NCBI RefSeq assembly: GCF_018350175.1
Contig: NC_058368.1
Coordinates: forward strand, 11,594,001-11,658,000
Direction: 5' to 3'
Source: Felis catus
Lineage: Eukaryota
DNA length: 64,000 bases
This document shows positions 37,140 to 47,479 of this stretch, piece after piece; the stretch's first letter is position 1; every line of letters starts with the position of its first letter. The notes under the pieces were generated by a model. That model ran no database searches and was not told where the DNA came from. It was given only the letters and a program-made list of their open reading frames with translations. The position numbers and the translations under genes are program-made.

Positions 37140-37406
37140 TTAAAACTCAGCTAACCTCCCTGCCCTTAACTCTGGCATTCCCAAACACCTTTACTCTATT
37201 TCTCTTTTCTCTTTTCCAGAGAACTTATCACCTCCTGACATAATATCCAGTCTCCTTATACTTTACATCTGCTTCCCTGCCTGTGGCATACAAGGTCCAT
37301 GAGGGCACGATCTTTGTTTTGTTTTCGGTAATTATTCTCAGGTACCTAGGAGACTGCCCAAAATATAGTAGGCACTCAATAAATATTTGTTGAATGAATA
37401 AATGAA
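37140..37406 (+). mobile_element. L2 3' end
   Basis: gtaggcactcaataaatatttgttgaatgaataaatgaa terminus. Confidence 0.8.
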
Positions 37407-37667
37407 GGGAAAGTGTATTTTTTATACCTATTCATGTTTATATACAGACTTAGTCCATTCCTTTTAACTGCTATGTAGTTATCAGCAAACGTAGCTAACA
37501 TTTTACTGTGTTCCAACACTATTCTCATGGCTTTACATTTCTCCTATAATGCTCAAATAGACCTGTGAGATAAGTACTGTATTGTTAGTAAGCCCTATGC
37601 TACAGATGAAGCAACTGAGAGCAGTGAGTGGATACAAAATCAAGGTACAGAAATTGGTCGTGTTTCA

Positions 37668-37889
37668 GGGCACCTGGGTGGCTCAATCGGTTAAGTGTCC
37701 CACTCTTTATTTCGGTTCAGGTCATGACCTCAGGGGTCCTGAGATTAAACCCCATGTTGGCTCCACCCTGGGCCTGGAGACTGGAGCCTGGTTAAGATTC
37801 TCTCTCCCTTTCCCTCTGCCCCTCCCGACTTGCACGTGCACTCTCTCTCAAATAAAAGAAGTAAGTAAATAAATAAATAAATAAATAAA
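37668..37889 (+). mobile_element. Can-SINE
   Basis: gggcacctgggtggctcaatcggttaag head, (AAAT)n tail; TSD-like attggt(cgt/t)gtttc. Confidence 0.92.
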
Positions 37890-38079
37890 TGACATTGGTT
37901 GTTTCTATATAGTAATAATAAAACATCTGAAAAAGAAATAAAGAAAACAATCCTGTTCACAACAGTGTTAGAAACAATAAAATATTTGGGAGTAAATTTA
38001 ACCAAGGAGGTGAAAGATCTGTATACTAAAAATAAAAGACATAAAACATGGGTGGGGGGAGTAAACAAAAATGTAGTGC

Positions 38080-41000
38080 TTTTATTTCATTTTTTTTAAT
38101 TCCAAGATTTTATTTAAATTCAAGTTTGTTAACATATAGTGTGGTATTGGTTTCAGGAGTGGAATTTAGTGATTCATCACTTATATACCACACCCAGTGC
38201 TCATCCAAAAAAGTGCCTTCCTTAATGCCCATCACCTATGTAGCCCATCCCCTCACCCAACTTTCCTCTAGCAACCCTCAGTTTGTTCTCTTAAAAGTCT
38301 CTTAAGGTTTGCCTCCCTGTTTTTATCTTATTTTATTTTTCCTTCCCTTCCCCTATGTTCATCTGTTTTGTTTCTTAAATTCCACATATGAATGAAATCA
38401 TATGGTATTTATTTTTCTCTGACTGACTTATTTTGCTTAGCATAATACACTCTAGTTCCATCCACATCATTGCAAATGGCAAGATTTAATCTTTTTTGAT
38501 GGCTGAGTAATATTCCATTGTGTGTGTACACACACACACATTCCATTGTGTGCACACACACACACACACACACACACACTACTTCATCTTTATCCATTCA
38601 TCAGTTGATAGACATTTGGATCTTTCCCCCTTTTTTTTTTTTGAGAGAGAGGGGGTGGTGAGTGCCTGCATGCAAGCAGAGTAGGGGCAGAGAGAGAGGG
38701 AGAGAAAGAATCTTAAGCAGGCTCCATGCCCAGCACACAATCCCAAGACCATGAGATCATGATCTGAGCCAAAATCAAGAGCTGGACATTTAACTGACTA
38801 AGCCACCCAGGCACCCCTGGGCTTTTTACGTAATTTGGCTATTGTTGATAGTGCTGCTATAAACATTGTATTTGCCCTCAGTATTTTTGTATCCTTTCAA
38901 TAAATACCTAGTAGTGTAGTTGATGGGTCGTAGATTAGCTCTATCTTTAACTTTCTAAGGAAACTCCAGGCTGTTTTCCAAGTGGCTGTACCAGTTTGCA
39001 TTCCCACCAACAGTGTAAGAGGGTTCCCTTTCTGTGCATCCTCGCCAACATCTGTTGTTACCTAAGTTGTTAATTTAGCCATTCTGACAGGTGCAAGGTG
39101 ATATCTCATTGTAGTTTTGATATTATTTCCCTGATGGTGAGTAATGATGAGCATTTTTTCATGTGTCGGTCAGCCATTTGTATGTCTTCTTTGGAGAAAT
39201 GTCTGTTTCTGTTTTCTGACCATTTCTTAGCTGGATTATTTATTTTTGGGGTGTTAAGTTTGATAAATTCTTTATAGATTTTAGGTATTAGCCCTTTATC
39301 AGATATGTCATTTGCAAATATCATCTCCATTCTGTGTAGGTTTCCTTTTAGTTTGGTTGATTGTTTCCTTCACTGTACAGAAGCTTTTTATCTTGATGTA
39401 GTCCCAATAGTTCATTTTGCTTTTGTTTCTCCTGCCTCCAGAGACATATCTAGTAAGAAGTTGCTAAAGGTCAAAGAGTTGCTGCCTGTGTTCTCCTCTA
39501 GGATTTTGATGGCTTCCTGTCTTACATTGAGGTCTTTCATCCATTTTGAGTTTATTTTTGTGTATGGTATAAGTGGTCCAGTTTCATTTTTCTGCATGTC
39601 ACTGTCCAGTTTTCCCAACACCATTTGCTGAAGAGACTGTCTTTTTTCCATTGTATATTCTTTCCTCCTTTGTCAAAGATGAGTTGACCATATACTTGTT
39701 CTATTTCTGGGTTCTCTATTTTGTTCCATTGGTATGAGTCTGTTTTTATGCCGGTACCATACTGTCTTGATGATTACAGCTTTGTAATACAGCTGAATTG
39801 TGAATTGTGTCCAGAATTGTGATGCCTCACACTTTGCTTGGCTTTTTCAACATTACTTTGGCTCATCAGGGTCTTTTCTGGTTTCATACAAATTTTAGAA
39901 TTGTTTGTGCTAGCTCTGTGAAAAATCCTGGTGCTGACAGGGATTGCAAGATTTCTACACAGATTGCTTTGGATAGTATAGACATTTGAACAATATGTGT
40001 TCTTCCAATCCATGAACATTCAGTGTTTTTCCATTTCTTTGTGTCTTCAATTTCTTTCATAGGTGTTCTATAGTTTTCAGAGTACAGATCTTTTGCCGCT
40101 TTTGTTAGGTTTATTCCTAGGTATCTTATGGTTTTTGGTGCAATTGTAAATGGGCTTGATTCCTTGATTTCTCTTTCTGCTGCTTCGTCAATGGTGTATA
40201 GAAATGCAACAGATTTCTGTACATTGGTTTTATATCCTGTGACTTCACTGAATTCATGTATCAGTTCTAGCAATTTTTTGATGGAGTCTTTCAGGTTTTC
40301 CATGTAAAGTATCATGTCATCTGCAAAGAGGGGAAGTTTGACTTCTTCCTTGCCTATTTGGATGCCTTTTCTTTTTTTGTCTGGTTGCTGAGGCTGGGAC
40401 TTCCAACACTATGTTGAACAATAGTGGTGAGAGTGGACATTCCTGTTGTGTTCATGACCTTAGGGGAAAGTTCTCAGTTTTTCCCCATGGAGGATGATAT
40501 TAGCTGTGGGTCTTTTCTATATGGCTATTATGATGTTGAGGTATGTTCCTTCTTATCCCTACCTTTTTGAATGTTTTTATCAAGAAAGTGCTGTATTTTG
40601 TCAAATGCTTTTTATGCATCTATTGAGGGAATCATATGGTTCTTATCCTTTCTTTAATTAATGTGGTGTATCACATTGATTGATTTGCAGATTTTGAACC
40701 ACCCCTGCATCCCAGGAATAAATCCCACTTGATTGTGGTGAATAATTCTTTTAATGTATTGTTGGATTTGATTCGCTAGTATCTTGTTGAGAATTTTTGC
40801 ACCCATATTCATCAGGGATATGGGTCTGAAATTCTTTTCTTTGAGGTCTTTGGTTTTAGAATCAAGGTAATACTGGCTTCATAGAATGAGTTTGGAAGTA
40901 TTCTTTCCATTTTGTTTTTTTGAACAGTTTCAAAAGAATAGGTATTAACTCTTCTCTAAATGTTTGGTATAATTCCCTTGGGAAGCCATCTGGCCCTGGA

Positions 41001-41360
41001 CTTATTTGTTGGGAGATTTTTGATTACTGGTCCAATTTCTTTACTGGCTATGGGTCTGCTCAAATTTTCTATTTTTTCCTGTTGCAGTTTTGGTAGTTTA
41101 TATGTTTCTCAGAATTTATCCATTTTTCCAGACTGCCCAATTTGTTGGCATATAATTGTTCATAATATTCTCTTATAATTCTTTGTATTTCTGTGGTGTT
41201 GGTTGTGATCTCTCCTCTTTCATTCATGATTTTGTTTATTTGGGTCTTTTTTCTTTCCTGTTTGATAAGTCTGGCTAGGGGTTTATCAGTAAAGTCCAAA
41301 GCCAGCAGAAGAAGGCAAATAATAAAGATTAGAGCAGAAATAAATGACATAGAATAAAAT
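38080..41360 (-). mobile_element. Carnivore L1, 5'-truncated, with a short inverted 5' segment (41291-~41355)
   Basis: Antisense 3' UTR to mid-ORF2 ([23 protein letters not shown]…); orientation flips at 41290/41291; TSD aaaatgtagtg at ~38068 and ~41363. Confidence 0.9.
38631..38817 (-). mobile_element. Can-SINE nested in L1
   Basis: Poly-T, (GA)n, ...agccacccaggcacccc. Confidence 0.9.
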
Positions 41361-41715
41361 AGAAAATGTAGTGTTCTTAGAATGTGTTAGAACTTAAGTG
41401 ATTATCATCTGAAAAATAAATCCATATATATATATAGACCTATATATATATATATAGGTCTACATATAAGAACCCCATCATAACCACAAATAAAAAACCT
41501 ACAATAGAAACATTAAAAAATGAAGAGAAAGGCCCCAAAACACTAAAGAAAACCATCAAACAACAAGAGACCAAGAAACAGAGAACACAAAAACAACCAG
41601 AAAAAAAAATGTAAATGGCAGTAAGTACATACCTACCAATAATTACTTTAAATGGGCTAAATGCTCCAATAAAATTACATAGGGTGGCTGAGTGGATTTT
41701 TGAAAAATCTATAGA

Positions 41716-42363
41716 GGGAGCCCAGGTGGCTCAGCTGGTTGAGCGTCTGGCTCTTGATTTCAGCTCAGGGCATGATCTCCCAGTTTTGGGATTGAACTCC
41801 TCATCAGACTCTGTACTGACAGCGTGGAGCCCGCTTGGGATTCTCTCTCTCCCTTTCTCTCTGCCCCTCCCCTGCTCACAGAAGCGCCTTCGCTCTCACG
41901 CTCTCTCTCTCTGAAAATAAATATTTTATAACATATCTAGGGGCTCCTGGGTGGCTCAGCTGGTTAAGCGTCTGACTTCGCCTCAGGTCATCATTCAAGC
42001 CCCATGTCAGGCACTGTGCTGACAGCTCAGAGCCTGGAACCTGCTTCAGATTCTGTGTATCCTTCTCTCTCTGCCCTTCCTCCACTCACACTCTTTCTCT
42101 CAAAAATAAACATTAAAAAGTATTTATAAAACTATATGCTGGGGGTGCCTGGGGTGGCTCAGTCGATTAAGCGGCCGACTTCGGCTCAGGTCATGATCTC
42201 GGGGTCTGTGAGTTCGAGCCCCACATCAGCTCTCTGCTGACAGCTCGGAGCCTGGAGCCTGTTTCAGATTCTGTGTCTCCCTCTCTCTGACCCTCCCCCG
42301 TTCATGCTCTGTCTCTCTCTGTCTCAAAAAAAATAAATAAATAAATGTTAAAAAAAAAAAAAG
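41716..42363 (+). mobile_element. Three tandem Can-SINEs (41716-41922, 41940-42119, 42141-42363)
   Basis: Three consecutive SINE heads and tails separated by ~20-nt spacers. Confidence 0.92.
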
Positions 42364-42625
42364 ACTTGAAAAAAAAATATATATGCTGCCTACAAGAGAC
42401 TCACTTTAGCTCTAACAACACACAGACTGAAAATGAAGAGATGGAAAAAGACATTCCATGCCAAGGGAAAAGAAAAGAAAGTTGGAATAGCCATACTCAT
42501 ATGAAATAAAACCGACTTTGAAACAAAGACTGTAACAAAAGACAAAGAAAAGACATATAATGATAGAGGTGTCACTCCAAGAAGAAAACAGAACTTTCAT
42601 AAATATTTATGCATCAAAATAAATA

Positions 42626-42848
42626 GAGGCGCCTAGAGGCGCCTGGGTGGCTCAGTCAATTAAGCACCCAACTTCAGTTCAAGTCATGATCTCACAGATC
42701 CTGAGTTTGAACCCCCATGGGACTCTGCTTACAGCTCGGAGCCTGCTTTGGATTCTCTGTCTCCCTCTTCCTCTGCCCCTCCCCCACTTGTGCTCACTCT
42801 CACTTTCTCTCTCTCTCAAAAATAAATAAGTAAACATTTAAAAAAAAT
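42626..42848 (+). mobile_element. Can-SINE with duplicated 5' end (agaggcgcct x2)
   Basis: Head and tail motifs; tandem 10-nt duplication at the 5' end. Confidence 0.9.
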
Positions 42849-45800
42849 AGGAGGACCTAAATAGATAAAGCAAATATTTACAGACAAAAAGGAAAAAACT
42901 GACAGTGATACAATAATACTGGGGACTTTAATGCCCCACTTACATCAATGAATAGATCATCCACACAGAAAATCAATAAAGAAACATTGGCCTTAAACAA
43001 CACATCAGACCAGATGGGTTTAATATACAGAACATTGCATCCAAAAACTGCAGAATATACATTCTCTTCAAGTGTGCATGGGACACTCTCATAGATATAT
43101 CATATGTTAGGCCACAAAACAAGTCTCAGTAAATTCAAGAAGACTTAAGTCATATCAAGCATCTTTTCTGATAACAACGGCATGAAGTTAGAAATCAATT
43201 AAGAGAAGAAAACTGGAAAAAACACAAACATTTGGAGACTAAACAGCATGCTACTAACCAAGCAATGGGTCAATGAATACATCAACAGGAAAATCAAAAA
43301 ATACCTTGAGACAAATTAAAATGGAAATACAACTTTCCAAATCTATGGGATACAGCAATAGCTGTTCTAAGAGGGACATTCATAGCAATACAGACATATT
43401 TCAAGAAATAAGAAAAATCCCAAATAAACAATCTAAATTTACACCTAAAGGAACTAGAAAAAGAAGAAAAAAACAAGACCCAAAGTTAGTAGTAGAAGCA
43501 AGGAAATAATTAAGCTCAGAGTAGAGATAAATGAAATAGAGACTAAAAAGGATAATAGAAAAGATCAATGAAAGTAATAGCAGGTTCTTTGAAAAGATAC
43601 ACAAAATCAATAAATTTCATCAAGAAAAAAAGATTTATCAGACTCCTCCAGAAAACAAGAGAAAGGACCCAAATTAATAAAATAAGATACTAAAGAGAAG
43701 TTACAACCAACATCACAGAACTGCAAAGAATTATAAGAGACTATCACAAATAATTATATGCCAACAAACTGGACAACCTAGAAGAAATGGACAAATTCAT
43801 AGAAACACACAACCTTCCAAAACTGAATCAGGAAGAAACAGAAAATCTGAATAGACCAATTACAAGTTATGAAAATGAATCAGTAATTTAAAAACTCCCA
43901 AAAAACAAAATTCCAGGACCAGCTTCACAGGTGAATTTTACCAAACACTTAAAGAAGAGTTAGTGTTTATCCTTCTCAAATTGTTCCAAAAATTAAAGAG
44001 GAAGTAACAATTCCAAACTCATTTTATCCTGATAGCAAAATCAGACAAAGACACCACAAAAGAAAGAAAATCTCAGGCCAGTATCCCTGATGAACATAGA
44101 TGCAAAAATCCTCAACAAAATATTAGCAAACCACATTTGACAATATATTAAAAAGATCAAACACTATAGTCAAGTAGGATTTATTCCAGGGATGCAAGGA
44201 TGGTACACCATCGCCAAATCAATGTGATATGCCACATTAACAAAGTAAAGAATAAAAATCATATGACCATCTAATTAGAGAATAAGCTAACTTATTAGTT
44301 ACAGAATAAGCACTTGACGAAATTCAACATCCATTTTTATCCTCCTGGCCACTAGGCACCATGATAGCTAGCCTGTGTGGCCCAAGCAAGGTCTTTCAGG
44401 CATTAGGCTGGGCAGCCCTCCTTGGGGTCCCAGACATGAGGCCAAGAACACAGCTGAAAGTGGAGGCCTGGTATGTGGATCCTGGAGGGAGACCATAGGA
44501 TGAGATGCTCCAGGCCCCAGGGGGGATGGGAAGAACCTGCAGCAGGAGGGCCAAATTGTAGGTGGCCTTGTCTCACTCCAGTGCTTGCCTTGGGTTGTAC
44601 CTTCAACATCCATTTATAATTCAAAACTTCCAAAAAGGAACATAATACCTCAACATAATAAAGGCCATATATGATAAATCTACAGCATGATAAACATCAT
44701 GCTCAATGGTGAAAAGCTAAAAGCTTTCCCTCTAAGATCAGGAACAAGACAAGTTCTTGCCCCTCTTGCCACTTTCATTCAACAGAGTGCTGGAACCCCT
44801 AGCTACAGCAATCAGATAAGAAAAATAAAATGTTTGATTCAAAATGTTAAGGAAGAAGTAAAACTGTCACTATTTACAGATGACATGATACTATATAAAG
44901 AAAACCCTAAAGACTCCACCAGAAAAAACTATCCAAATAAATGAATTCAGTAAAGTTCCAAAATACAAAATTAACACGCAGAATTGGTTACATCTGTATA
45001 TACTAATAATGAGCTATCAGAAAGAAAAATGAAGAAAATCATATTTACAACTTCATCAAAAAGAATAAAATACCTGGGGATAAATTTAACATAGTAGGTT
45101 AAAGACCTGTACTCTGAAAACTGTAAAAAGATTTTATTGATGAAAGAAATTGAAGACAACACAAATAATGGAAAGATACAATGTGATCATGGGTTGGAAG
45201 AGTTAATATTGTCAAAATGTCTATACTACCCAAAGCGATCACAGATTCAATACAATCCCCATCAAAATACCAATAGTATTTTTCACAGAACTAGAACAAA
45301 TGATATTAAAATTTGTATGGAACACCAAAAGACCCCAAATAGCCAAAGCAATCTTAAGAAGGAAAAAAAAAGCTGGAGGTATTATTCTCCCTGATTTCAA
45401 GCTACACTACAAAGCTATATTAATCAAAACAATATATTACCGGCACAAAACAGACACATAGATCAATGAAATATAATAGAGAGCCCAGAAATAAACCCAC
45501 ATTTGTATGACCAATTAATCTAGAACAAAGGAGGCAAGATATACGATGGGGAAAAGACAGTCTCTTCAATAAATGATGCTGGAAAAACTGGACACCATAT
45601 GCAAAAGAGGGAAACTGGACCATTTTCCTATACCATACATAAACTCAAGGTGGATTAAAGACTTGAATGTAACACCTGAAATCATAAAACTCCAAAAAGA
45701 AAATATAGGCAGTAAGCTCTTTGACATCATTCTTAGTAATATTTTTTTGGACTCGTGTCCTTAGGCAAGGGCAACAAAAGCTGTACCAAACAAATGTAAT

Positions 45801-47278
45801 TACATCAAACTAAAAATCTTTTGCACATTGAGGGAAACCATCAACAAAATAAAAAGGCAAATCTACTGAATGGGAGAAGGTATTTGCAAGTCATACATCC
45901 AGTAAGAGGTTAATATCCAAAATGTATAAAGAACTTACACAACTTATTATAAAAAAAAAATCTCATTTAAAAATGGGCAGAGGACTTGAATAGATTGTTC
46001 TCCAAAGAAGACCTACACTAACATGAAACAGGTGAAACATGAAAGGTGCTCAACATCACTAATAATCAGGGAAATGTAAATAAAACCATAATGAGATATC
46101 ACCACACACCAGGCATAATGGCCATTATCACACAGAAATAAAAGATTTTTATTTTTTTAGTAAGGTAAGGATGTGGATAAAAGGACCCTCAGACACTGCT
46201 GGTGGGATTTTAAGTTGGTGCAGCCACTGTGAAAAATAGTATGGAGGTTCTTCAAAAAATTAAAAATAGAACTACCATATGATCCAGCCATTCCACTTCT
46301 GGAAGAAAACAAAAACACCAATTTGAAGAGATATATGCATCCCCATGTTCACTGCAGCATTTTTTACAATAGACAAAATATGAAACCAGCCTAAGCGTCC
46401 ATAAACAGATGAATGTATAATGAAGATGTGGTGTATATATGAAATATTAGCCGTAAAAAGAATAAAATCTTCCCATTTGTGACAACATGGATGGACCTAG
46501 AGGCTATAATGCTAAGTGAAATAAGTCAGACAGAGAAAGACAAATACAAAAATGATTTCACTTATATGTGGAATCTAAAGAACAAATGTCATACGTCAAT
46601 GATATCTCATTAAAGCTGGAAAAAAACAAAGACCCTTGAGCGCTACAGCTAGATTAAAACCTAGACTTCCGGCCCCAGAGCTGCACACTAAACCACTACG
46701 CGTGAGTGCTATAAAACAAACAAACCACATTCATTTATCCTTTTCTCTAGTGACATTTAGGTTGTTTGCAGTTTTCCTTACTATGAACAAGTTTCAATGA
46801 ACACCATTGTGCCTATCTCCCTTCGCATGCATACGTTGAACGTTTCCTGAGGCTATATACATCAAGAGGAGTAGCTATGGGATCCTTTTTTGTTTTTTGA
46901 AAGAACAGAGCAGGTGTTGTTTAAGTTTCTTCCTTTCAGAAAAATGTTTTTCTCTGATAGAATATATGTTCCATGAAGGCAGGAATGTTTTGTTCACTGC
47001 TGTATTCTAAGCAAATAGAAGAATGTCAAGCACATGAGACATACTCAATAAACACCTGCTGAAGATATGAATGGTTCTGGAATATGAAGCTCTATTTCCT
47101 TAATTATGCAAACTCATTTTATATAGCCCCAAACTGTATGAGGAGAATTTCTAGTTACTCATCTTTGTACATTGAGAATTTTACCTAACCCTTGGGTTTA
47201 CCCCCAAAAGGAACTGGAAGAGAGGATTCTTCTTGGATCCCAGTACTTCCTCTGATGTTACTGGTATTCTTTTCAAGG

Positions 47279-47341
47279 ATTTTATTTCTTTTTTAATGTT
47301 TACTTCTTTATTTTCAGAGAGATAGAGAGCGAGTAGGGGAG

Positions 47342-47372
<31 letters not shown>

Positions 47373-47479
47373 ATCCCACGCAGGCTCTGTGCCGTCAGTT
47401 TCCCAAGAACTGTGAAATAATGACCTATGCCGAAACCAAGAGTAAGATGCTCAACCAACTGAGCTAGCCAGGTGCCCCC
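47279..47479 (-). mobile_element. Can-SINE
   Basis: (GA)n, gaatccc..gcaggctctgtgccgtcag, ...gccaggtgcccc. Confidence 0.88.

Larger units (their letters stand above)
37622..46627 (+). mobile_element. Older + strand L1 (inter-ORF region, ORF2, 3' UTR), interrupted by a younger L1, five directly inserted SINEs and a 265-bp insert
   Basis: ORF2 start MAVSTYLPIITLN at 41615, RT motif SLFTDDMILY ~44875, 3' end ctcattaaagctggaaaaaaa ~46606; many frameshifts. Confidence 0.88.

Noticed and set aside
39106..45764. RT/endonuclease-like ORFs
   Set aside because: Frameshifted L1 ORF2 relics; no intact element and not a novel RT system
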